Of a stretch of DNA of 64,000 bases, positions 43,753-51,907 are shown piece by piece. Numbering within the stretch: position 1 is the stretch's first letter; the number at the start of each line of letters is the position of its first letter. The notes under the pieces were generated by a model, which worked only from the letters and a program-made list of their open reading frames with translations, made no database searches and was not told the origin of the DNA. This DNA is from an uncultured Gammaproteobacteria bacterium. Lineage in GTDB: Bacteria; Patescibacteriota; Patescibacteriia; UBA10025; JAHIVO01. The stretch is from the NCBI GenBank assembly GCA_964592105.1, contig CAZQBL010000007.1:58013-122012 (forward strand), given 5' to 3'. A program made the position numbers and the translations under genes.

Positions 43753-44202
43753 ATGCCGCTCCTCGCCACTAACAAAAAAGCTCTGCATAACTACCATGTT
43801 CAAGATAAATTTGAAGCTGGAATTGTTTTGACCGGCGCAGAAGTAAAATCAGTGAAAGCCGGACAGATTAACCTCATGGGCAGCTATATTAGCGCCCGGG
43901 ACAATACCCTATGGCTTGTTAATTGCCACATCAGTCCGTACAAAATGGCTTCTACCCAACACGGCTATAATCCCACCCATGACCGTAAACTACTGCTAAA
44001 ACGAAAAGAAATCTCCTCTCTCATAGGTACTTTAACTGCTAAGGGCTTGACTGTTTTGCCGATATCTGTTTATACTAAAGGAAGCCTCATTAAGCTTGAG
44101 ATAGGTGTTTGTCGTGGCAAGAAGCAACACGACAAACGCGAGACCATAAAAAAGCGTGATGCCAAAAGGTCAATGCAAAGGTTAATGAGAAATAAACCAT
44201 AA
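43753..44202 (+). CDS. smpB: SsrA-binding protein
   Basis: 149 aa; SmpB conserved core (KALHNYHV...GIVLTGAEVKSV...) and basic C-terminal tail. Confidence 0.9.
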   Translation: MPLLATNKKALHNYHVQDKFEAGIVLTGAEVKSVKAGQINLMGSYISARDNTLWLVNCHISPYKMASTQHGYNPTHDRKLLLKRKEISSLIGTLTAKGLTVLPISVYTKGSLIKLEIGVCRGKKQHDKRETIKKRDAKRSMQRLMRNKP

Positions 44203-44320
44203 TCTTCCCAGCCGAACCTGCGGATCTCGGGAACTCGACGCGAAGTATCAGTTGCAATGCAAAGGACAAAGAGAAAAGAAGCGATGAGGGGAAGCCGTAG
44301 GTGTCTCCTCATAAACATAC

Positions 44321-44721
44321 GGGAGCGTTTTAAATCGATAGTCGTACCTTTATAAGAATGGCAAACCGCCCTATTCTATCTTACGGCGTTAAACTGATAA
44401 TAGAAATTATACAAATGCCAAATCATTTGTAAGCAAAGTCGCCAGTGCAGTGCGTAATGCATTCACACCGGCCTTTGCGCCAGCAATCGCTTAATACCGA
44501 TTGCCATCTTACCCGCTGACATCCGATAGGCGGACTAAGGTGCCATTTTTCGGGTTTGCTTAAGATCGTTAGTCTTTGGACCATGAGCAATATCATAAAG
44601 ACTAGGATAATAAAATTTTGTCTGTCCATATCTATTATCCGAAACAACCAGACAGAATAAGTTTGTAGATATTCTTATAAGGTAAAACTAGACAGGGGTG
44701 CAATTCCCCTCGCTTCCACCA
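44321..44721 (+). ncRNA. ssrA: tmRNA (transfer-messenger RNA)
   Basis: Immediately downstream of smpB. The 3' end GACAGGGGTGCAATTCCCCTCGCTTCC-A-CCA is a T-arm plus 7-nt acceptor strand plus encoded CCA. The 5' GGGAGCG at 44321 pairs with CGCTTCC (one G-U). An internal ORF ends ...AFTPAFAPAIA-TAA at ~44441-44542 and is the candidate tag. Confidence 0.65.
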
Positions 44722-45283
44722 TCATATATATTTTATGTCCTCCAAAGTAAATCAGATCCGAAACACATTTACAAAGGTCATACGGAGAATTTGAACCAAA
44801 GAATAAAAGAATAATTGATCATACTTTTGGCAAATCAAAACATACGGCAAAATATCGACCCTGAGATATTGTATTCTATTGTGTCTTGCCCGGCAAAAAA
44901 AGAGCTCAGGACTTCGAGCAATATTAAAAACTGCTTCAGACATTGTCTTAATAAAAAAGGTTGATTATTACAATACAAAAAAATAATTCATGATCAACCA
45001 TGCCTCTGACACCTCTATCGTCCACTACACTGATAATACCCTTTATACCGGCTAACGAACAATCTGGATGGCCGCATCCAATGGTATAACAAAAAACAAG
45101 TAGCAAAAAACACACTGCCGGCAGATTCCCGGCAAAACTTGTATATTTTGAAAAATTTGCTACACTACTAAATGTAGCTCGTAAACGTGAAGCCGAAATT
45201 CAGAGTTGGCGTAAAAAGAATAAAGAAAATCTCATTAAATTCGGGCGCACCATAAACCAACTAATCATTAATTCTCAAAAAAA

Positions 45284-45790
45284 ATTAGCAAAAATCTACG
45301 TATCAATGGTCTAATCAGAGCTCCTCGGATTGTCGTCATTGACGAGAAAGGCCAGCAGCTCGGGCAAATGGACACCTATCGCGCCATCCAATTGGCCAGG
45401 GAACGAGATTTGGACCTTGTTGAAGTCTCCCCTCTCACCCAACCCCCTGTTTGCAAAATCATGGATTATGGAGCCTACCAATACCAGCAGGAGAAAAAAG
45501 AACGCAAACAGAAAGCTAAGCAAAAAAAGATTGAAATCAAGGGTATCCGATTAGGGCTTAACATCGGGGCGCACGACTTGGAAATCAGAAAAAATCAGGC
45601 CTTGAAATTTCTCGAAAAGGGAAATAAAGTCAAAGTTGAATTGATTCTAAGGGGACGCGAGAAAGCTTTCGTAGAGCGTGCCACAATGATAATTGAAGAA
45701 TTTGTAAAAACTTTGGGGGATAATGCTGTGGTCGAACAGCCACTAACCCGCCAGGGAGGGCGACTGTCTTTGTTGGCTGCCAAAAAATAA
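45284..45790 (+). CDS. infC: translation initiation factor IF-3, probable AUU (ATT) start codon
   Basis: The track ORF starts at Met 45368 inside the N-domain. The frame is open back to a TAA at 45269-71 and encodes (I)SKNLRINGLIRAPRIVVIDEKGQQLG, which matches the IF-3 N-domain consensus. There is no ATG; ATT at 45284 or ATC at 45302 would be the start. The C-domain is intact. Confidence 0.7.
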   Translation: MSKNLRINGLIRAPRIVVIDEKGQQLGQMDTYRAIQLARERDLDLVEVSPLTQPPVCKIMDYGAYQYQQEKKERKQKAKQKKIEIKGIRLGLNIGAHDLEIRKNQALKFLEKGNKVKVELILRGREKAFVERATMIIEEFVKTLGDNAVVEQPLTRQGGRLSLLAAKK

Positions 45791-45915
45791 TTAATAAGAA
45801 ATTTGACCACTAATTCAATTTCACTAAGCGACACTAATTACCCGATAACCATTATCTAAGTATATTAGTGAAAATTAGTGATAATGAATTAGTGTATATA
45901 ATAAGTACGGTAATT

Positions 45916-46113
45916 ATGCCAAAACTCAAAACACACAAAGCCACAATTAAGCGTTTCTATTATACAGGTAAAGGCAAACTTATGCGGAAACAAGCCGGCC
46001 AAGATCATTTTAACGCCCGAGAAAGGGGCTCGATCACCAAGAAAAAACGTAAAAATATCGAGGCAAACCTTACTTCAGTCAGAACAATTAAAAAGTTAAC
46101 ACCTTACCACTAA
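45916..46113 (+). CDS. rpmI: 50S ribosomal protein L35
   Basis: MPKLKTHKATIKRFYYTGKGKLMRK... matches the L35 N-terminus; 65 aa. The start is taken at the internal Met 45916. Confidence 0.85.
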   Translation: MPKLKTHKATIKRFYYTGKGKLMRKQAGQDHFNARERGSITKKKRKNIEANLTSVRTIKKLTPYH

Positions 46114-46114
46114 T

Positions 46115-46456
46115 ATGCGCATCAAAAGGGGTACAGCCCACGTAAAAAGACGAAAAAATCTACTCAAGCAGACCAAGGGTTTCCGTTGGGGCAGAAAAAG
46201 CAAGATTAAGTTAGCCAAGACCGCCGCCCTAAAAGCCGGGGTTCATGCTTACCGAGGCCGGAAGGAAAAAAAGCGCGAATTCCGCCGTCTCTGGAATATA
46301 AAAATAAATGCCGCTGCACGCGAACATGGATTATCCTATAGTAAATTTATTTATGCCTTAAGAAAGGTAAAAATTGGCCTAGATCGCAAATCACTGGCCA
46401 ATCTGGCTGAAAACGACCCTAAAGCATTTGCAGAGATTGTAAAAAAAATTAAATAA
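46115..46456 (+). CDS. rplT: 50S ribosomal protein L20
   Basis: MRIKRGTAHVKRRKNLLKQTKGFRWGRK... is the canonical L20 sequence; infC-rpmI-rplT gene order. Confidence 0.9.
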   Translation: MRIKRGTAHVKRRKNLLKQTKGFRWGRKSKIKLAKTAALKAGVHAYRGRKEKKREFRRLWNIKINAAAREHGLSYSKFIYALRKVKIGLDRKSLANLAENDPKAFAEIVKKIK

Positions 46457-46513
46457 TTCTCGGTAAGAATATAATTAACATCCCCACACCAATTCACTGG
46501 TGTGGGGGATTTT

Positions 46514-47706
46514 TTACCTGCTTAGTGGTTTGAATATCTTCCGGTATTCAATCAGTAGATACGAACCTATAAGCAGCGTGCCAACTCCTAGCATAATCAA
46601 GGCCACTGGCAAATTTACAACTTTTAAAACAAGGCCGAAAATTCCCAAAAACACGAACTGGGCCAGAGCATCAACCGCCCACTGCACGGAACTGACCGTG
46701 GCGCGGCGTTCTGATTCCAAATGATCATTCAGATACTGTCCCATAAATGGACGCAAATATCCTCTCGTTACATTCTGGAATAAAACCAGCCAGACCATGG
46801 GCAGAATCGTCAGGGCGCCCATTAAAATGATGGGCAAAGCGGTGATCAGGACCATTACAGTAAAACAGGTCATTGGTCCAAAGCGCTTAGCTATCTCATG
46901 GGCAAAATAACTGAAAAAAGCAGCTACAACGTTCAGGGCGAAGAATATCCAACCATAATACTCAAGCGGCAATGACACCAGTTCGAAATAAGGATTGTAG
47001 GTAAAAACCATACTTTTCCAATCACGCCCAATAAGGCAGTGTAGAGGATTATCCATTTAACCCGTTTGTTTTTGGCCACAAATAATACGGACAACTTCAT
47101 TATATCCTGGATTTTTTTCTTGGCGATGTCCTTGTCGGTACGCGGTGGTTCAACCATGAAACAAATAATTATGCAGGTGGCCAATAAACTTGGGATCCCC
47201 AATAATACAGGTAAGCGGATATTGGTCGCGGCTAAATATCCCGCCACCGGCGAGGCCAAAGAGAACAGCAAAAAACGATAAGCATTAGACCTGCCGTCAA
47301 CCAATTTATAATGATCACTCCTTTGCTGGGTAGCCAAAGTATCGTAAAGCAGTGCGGAGTCGGCTCCAGTAATCAGAGAAAAGCCAAAGGTCCACAGAAT
47401 GTTGGCGATCCAAATTTCCTGGGAACTACGAGCCAAGCCGAACATTAAACAATCCCCCAACAGCAGAATACTTCCCGCCAGCATAGTTTTCTTCCTGCCG
47501 ATTAAATCCGCAATTGCCCCCGTGGGAATCTGCAGAACAAACAGTAAAATTACACAGACCGATTCCATCTGATAGATTTGTGCCAGGGACATGGCAGAAA
47601 CTTTTTGAATGTAAATGATCAATACCGGCCCCCAAAACAGCGGCTCCCTCAATGCTTGATAGAACTTATACAGCAAGACATTACTCTGTACTTGTCGCAA
47701 ATTCAT
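46514..47706 (-). CDS. MFS transporter, reading frame interrupted by a single-base shift at an A5/T5 run (47007-47011)
   Basis: Two overlapping ORFs (46933..47706 and 46514..47056) encode the N-terminal 7 TM and C-terminal 5 TM of one MFS protein. Reading T6 instead of T5 on the coding strand gives ...GKVWFFTYNPYFELVSLPLEYYGW... Confidence 0.55.
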
Positions 47707-47744
47707 AGACTCTCCTTTTTATTTTCTTTTTTGACGTAATCAAA

Positions 47745-47782
47745 GAATAAAAAATATCTCGGCCTTTATTTAGCCGAGATAT
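47745..47782 (-). terminator. strong Rho-independent terminator (10-bp perfect stem)
   Basis: Minus strand reads ATATCTCGGC-TAAATAAAG-GCCGAGATAT followed by TTTTTTATTCTTTG; ~325 nt downstream of tRNA-Asp on the same strand. Confidence 0.55.
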
Positions 47783-48109
47783 TCTATGAGATATTCTAGA
47801 AGAGCTTCTTATATTTTATGTTTCATAAATATCATCCAAACTAAATAAAGGCGACGAAGCATCGTTAGCACAATCGACACTAACAATACCCATCTGCAGA
47901 TGATTTAAAAACCAATTATTTAATTGTGGATACTTATTTTTCATATAATTCTTATAGGCAGTAGTATATAACATATACTATCTACTGTTAAATCTTCTGG
48001 CTGACCAAACTCCTCGGCTGCGAGGCGGACTCTTCTATGATCTCCCCCTTATGCCCAACAATTTGTTAGCAAGTGTGAGACGAGCAAAAAGGCTTCTTCT
48101 TAATCTAAG

Positions 48110-48184
48110 CGGGCCCAAGGGGATTTGAACCCCTGATCTCCTCCGTGACAGGGAGGCGTGTTAACCGGGCTACACCATGAGCCC
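48110..48184 (-). tRNA. tRNA-Asp (anticodon GTC)
   Basis: Reverse complement is GGGCTCA-T-GGTGTAGCCCGGTTAACAC-G-CCTCC-CTGTCAC-GGAGG-AGATC-AGGGG-TTCAAAT-CCCCT-TGGGCCC-G. The 7-bp acceptor stem (one G-U), 5-bp anticodon stem, CT-GTC-AC loop and TPsiC loop TTCAAAT are all present. CCA is not encoded. Confidence 0.85.
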
Positions 48185-48399
48185 GCTTAGATAAGAATTT
48201 TATTTTGTAAAAGTAAGGCATGTCTACTCTGTCAAATGAGGAGGTGCTTTTAAGGCGTTATTTACTCAAAATAAACCATGTAAAAATATAATAACAAAAA
48301 TTGTTGGCCGTGTCCAGCCTTTTACTGCGTGTATAGTTAACAGGTATCAGCCATCATCCTGCCAAGGGTCAACGGTATGTGTTAACTGTACAGACCCTA

Positions 48400-48427
48400 T
48401 TGACAATTATTAAAAATATGCTATTAT
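48400..48427 (+). promoter_or_regulatory. sigma70-like promoter for the 48506 gene (TTGACA-16 nt-TATTAT)
   Basis: TTGACA at 48400-05, a 16-nt AT-rich spacer, TATTAT at 48422-27; ~80 nt upstream of an AGGAGGG-ATG start. Confidence 0.35.
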
Positions 48428-48505
48428 TTCTAGTTATTTAACAATTCAATAAAAAAAATAAAAAAACCAGAGCGCTTGGCTCTTTAAAAATGAAGGAGGG
48501 ACACC

Positions 48506-49567
48506 ATGTCCTCAGTAATTGATGAAACTGAAAAATTGCCCACAATTTACAAAATAGCCACACATCCAAACCCTCATTTCGACGAAATCGTAGCTATTTT
48601 CTTAATAAGAAAATACGGACATAAAAAATACCGCGGCATCGACTCGGCTAAAATCATTTTCATGAACAGTGACAGTGGTAACGCCGTGACAAAAAACACA
48701 GTAAAAGATTATGAGAAGGAGGGCACCCTGGCCATCGGCATAGGCAATGGCCGTTTCGATGAACATAAACAAGGAAGCGGCGTCAAGGAATCAGAATGTG
48801 CTGCCACGCTGGTGGCTAACTACCTCGGAATCAGCAAGAATCCGGAACTGACACAGCTCCTCAAATACGCACTTAATAACGACCGGAAGGGAGCTTCTTC
48901 ACCGTTTGATCTAGCTTCCATAATCAAATCTCTCTACCAAAATTATCCCGATGATCCGATGTTCGTCATAAACTGGGCCATGACGGCTCTTGAGTCAAAA
49001 CTGATGGAACAAAAAAAATTTTTCGACCAATCGGCTGACCACTACGCCAAGGCCAAAAAATTAAATTTCAGTTTTTTAAACCGCAATTATCTTTTGGTGG
49101 TGGCAGATTCAGACGAACCACAGTTCAACAAATACGCTAGATGGCGAGGCGCGGCGATAGTTATTCAGCGTAATTCAAAAGGAAATGTGCAAATTTTCAC
49201 CAACAAGAAGCTTGCCAATTTCCGGATGAAAGACGTAATTCGAATTTTGCGCATCAAGGAGCAAAAAAAATCTTCAACTCCTAACCCCATCACCGACTGG
49301 AAAGTACTGGCAACCGAAGGTTCATGTGCCAACTGGTACTACCAGCAAGAAACCGAGACTATTCTTAACGGTTCGCTGACAAATCCCAATATTGAACCTA
49401 CCAAATTAGACCTTAAAACGATAATCAGTGCCGTCATTACCGGCGTGAACCCCGCATCCTTTCCTAAGAACTGCCCCGTCAACAAGTGCATAAGCAAACA
49501 ATGTTCTTGGTACCACTTGGGACTATCCAGATGTTCAGCCAAACGCTTTAAACAAAAAAATAAATAA
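48506..49567 (+). CDS. hypothetical protein, possibly a UPF0160/MYG1-like metal-dependent hydrolase, with a C-terminal Cys cluster
   Basis: Strong SD (GAAGGAGGG); ATHPNPHFDEIVA and GIGNGRFDEHKQ resemble the MYG1 H.G.FH.DE and GG.YD...DHHQ blocks; C-terminal CPVNKCISKQCSWYH. Family assignment is tentative. Confidence 0.4.
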   Translation: MSSVIDETEKLPTIYKIATHPNPHFDEIVAIFLIRKYGHKKYRGIDSAKIIFMNSDSGNAVTKNTVKDYEKEGTLAIGIGNGRFDEHKQGSGVKESECAATLVANYLGISKNPELTQLLKYALNNDRKGASSPFDLASIIKSLYQNYPDDPMFVINWAMTALESKLMEQKKFFDQSADHYAKAKKLNFSFLNRNYLLVVADSDEPQFNKYARWRGAAIVIQRNSKGNVQIFTNKKLANFRMKDVIRILRIKEQKKSSTPNPITDWKVLATEGSCANWYYQQETETILNGSLTNPNIEPTKLDLKTIISAVITGVNPASFPKNCPVNKCISKQCSWYHLGLSRCSAKRFKQKNK

Positions 49568-49583
49568 TCGCTCTTTTGACCAC

Positions 49584-49625
49584 AAAAATAAGGCCTAACT
49601 CAGATAAGTTGGGCCTTTTTTTATT
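49584..49625. terminator. bidirectional Rho-independent terminator between convergent genes
   Basis: AGGCCTAACT-CAGATA-AGTTGGGCCT hairpin followed by TTTTTTTATTTG on plus; A-rich tract before it serves the minus strand. Confidence 0.5.
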
Positions 49626-49638
49626 TGCTCAATCAACT

Positions 49639-51855
49639 CTACTGCACTACGCCATTTACCAGCCTCACTGTATTACTGCAAGCCACCTGATCAACCTGAT
49701 CCACGACGCAAATCGAATAATAATGAGTTCCCTTACTTAAATCAACTTCAACTGCGCGCGTACCAGTTCTATTACCTTCATCAGTATAGGTCGCGGTTGT
49801 TTTTTCCGAAATCGGAGTCAAATAACCATCAGCCGGGTAAACGGGTGTGGACTTGGTTTGCGACCAGACGATTTTATAATACTTGAAATCTTTTTCGGTT
49901 GAAACAGTCCAATTCAGCGTCATTTTTTCGCCGGCAAAACTTCCGGCCAAGGATACCGACGCCGGAGCTGTATTATCGTTAGTGGCCGTCACCCGCTCCA
50001 CGTTGCCGCAATAAATCTGATCACCAACCGCGCAAATACGGTAATAATAAGTTTTACCCTTGACCGAGGCGTAATCCCGGTAGCTCTCCCCGCCTTTTTC
50101 ACGCACAGTAATATAGCCATCATCCGGATATTTCAGATTTGGATTTATTTCAGAGCGAACGACTTTATAATATTTGAAACCGGGAATGTTTGAACGATCG
50201 CCCCACCACAAACCCACGCCGTCTTCACCCGCCTGGGCGGATAAATTCGGCCCTGAATATTGGGGCGTCACGCTTTTGGCTGTGACCGAAACATTATTGC
50301 TGTAAACCAAGCACTTACCGTTGCCGTCATACTGGCACACTCGGAAATGGTACTTCTTTCCATCGGTTACAGCCCAGGTGTAACTTCTCACCGAGTTATC
50401 GGTCAAATACTTGAAATCATTGCCCGGATAAACCGGATTGGAGTTTTCGCCCTTGACTACTTTAAAGCCGTTGGAAATAATCAGATTCGTGATCTTCCAG
50501 CTCAAATGAATGCCGTCGTCTTTAGCTTCTCCAACTAATCTTATTCCGGTCTCTACCTCATCTTCGACTTTCGTCTCTTTTTTAATGACATTAGGATTGG
50601 TAACCGAATGTTTTTTTCCTTTCATGTAAACGATATTGGAACAGAAAACTTTATCTCCGGACATGACTTCGCACACCCGATAATAATAAGTCTTATCCAC
50701 GCTGACATCGGTGTCAATAAAACTGTTTTGGCCTTTATCCTGTTGGAAAATATAACCATCTTCCGGATATTTCAAATTGGCATTACTCTCCGAGCGAACC
50801 ACCTTATAATGCAGGAGGGCGGCGCTAGTAGATTCGTTCCAGGATAAATGCACACCGTCGTCTTCAGTAGCCGCTTCAAGTTTCAAGGGCGTAGCTGAAG
50901 CCTGGATATCATAAAAAATTTTTATTTCTTTGATAGTTCTTTGTCCGTCAGCATTTTCCGCTGTAATGATAATGATATTTTTATTGGCACTCAAATTGAT
51001 CTCTGAATTGAATTGACCGTTATTATTGGTGACTTCCTGATCATTAATCTTCAACTTGGCGGCCACATCACTGACCGTACCGATAACAGTGACCCAAGCA
51101 TTGGTAACATGACTGCCGTCTTTGGGACTAGTAATTGTCAAGGTTGGACCGGCGTATTCTTCAAGGATTCCAAGTTTATCCGTTGATTTTGAATCTTCTT
51201 CCTTGTTCCAGGTGTACCAGTCATTAGTTAGATCCTTTCGATTAATATCACCAACATTTATATCGTCCTTACCATTCTCAATGGTGGCGGTTTTGCCTTC
51301 TGCTACCTCCCTCTCTTCTTTTTCGGTCACGACTTTAACGTTGCTTTCCACGACATTAACATCCACCGCGCCCTCGGATTGAATCGTGTCAAAGGCCGTA
51401 CCCAAAGCCTGGATAGTTACTTCTCCGCTTTTTACCTCATAGAGACGGGACAAATTCTTGGCCACACGGCTATAGCTAGCTCCAGATAGCTGAGTAATAG
51501 TCACATTTTGTTTATTCAAACTGGTCAAAAATATTTCAGTATTATAGCCGGCTCTTATTTTGTCACCATTTTCTATCTCAATAATGGCTTTACTGTCATA
51601 GCCGGTTTTTAAACTGTCGCCAGTATGTAAAACCGTATCGGTCTCAGCTGCCTGCCAATCAGAACCTGCGAGCCGAACCTGAACATCGCCTTTCTGGTAA
51701 GCCAAAGTCGCAGCTAAGTCCTGATTCTGGGAAGTTACTTGGACCAAAGTTGGTTGAATAATGTCCTTATTCTGTATGTACCAGAGCACAGCCCCTCCCA
51801 AGATTAAGACAGCCAAAGAGACGGCAATTATGATTGGAGCAATTTTTTGCTGCAT
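49639..51855 (-). CDS. cell-surface protein: signal anchor, FecR-like domain, Ig-like region and four tandem FN3-like repeats
   Basis: N-terminal TM helix; FecR-like segment (GDSLKTGYDSKAIIEIENGDKIRAGYNTEIFL...). Four ~90-aa repeats share the [HY]YK[VI]V[RW]S...YP.DGY...YYYR[VI]C pattern. Confidence 0.65.
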   Translation of the reverse strand: MQQKIAPIIIAVSLAVLILGGAVLWYIQNKDIIQPTLVQVTSQNQDLAATLAYQKGDVQVRLAGSDWQAAETDTVLHTGDSLKTGYDSKAIIEIENGDKIRAGYNTEIFLTSLNKQNVTITQLSGASYSRVAKNLSRLYEVKSGEVTIQALGTAFDTIQSEGAVDVNVVESNVKVVTEKEEREVAEGKTATIENGKDDINVGDINRKDLTNDWYTWNKEEDSKSTDKLGILEEYAGPTLTITSPKDGSHVTNAWVTVIGTVSDVAAKLKINDQEVTNNNGQFNSEINLSANKNIIIITAENADGQRTIKEIKIFYDIQASATPLKLEAATEDDGVHLSWNESTSAALLHYKVVRSESNANLKYPEDGYIFQQDKGQNSFIDTDVSVDKTYYYRVCEVMSGDKVFCSNIVYMKGKKHSVTNPNVIKKETKVEDEVETGIRLVGEAKDDGIHLSWKITNLIISNGFKVVKGENSNPVYPGNDFKYLTDNSVRSYTWAVTDGKKYHFRVCQYDGNGKCLVYSNNVSVTAKSVTPQYSGPNLSAQAGEDGVGLWWGDRSNIPGFKYYKVVRSEINPNLKYPDDGYITVREKGGESYRDYASVKGKTYYYRICAVGDQIYCGNVERVTATNDNTAPASVSLAGSFAGEKMTLNWTVSTEKDFKYYKIVWSQTKSTPVYPADGYLTPISEKTTATYTDEGNRTGTRAVEVDLSKGTHYYSICVVDQVDQVACSNTVRLVNGVVQ

Positions 51856-51907
51856 GAATTTTAATTAATACTTAATTACTTAATTTCAACTTACTTTCTT
51901 ATCTTAA

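Noticed and set aside
44284-44297. GGGGAAGCCG as an alternative tmRNA 5' end
   Set aside because: Pairing with the 3' CGCTTCC acceptor strand is worse (mismatch at position 7) than GGGAGCG at 44321, which pairs fully.
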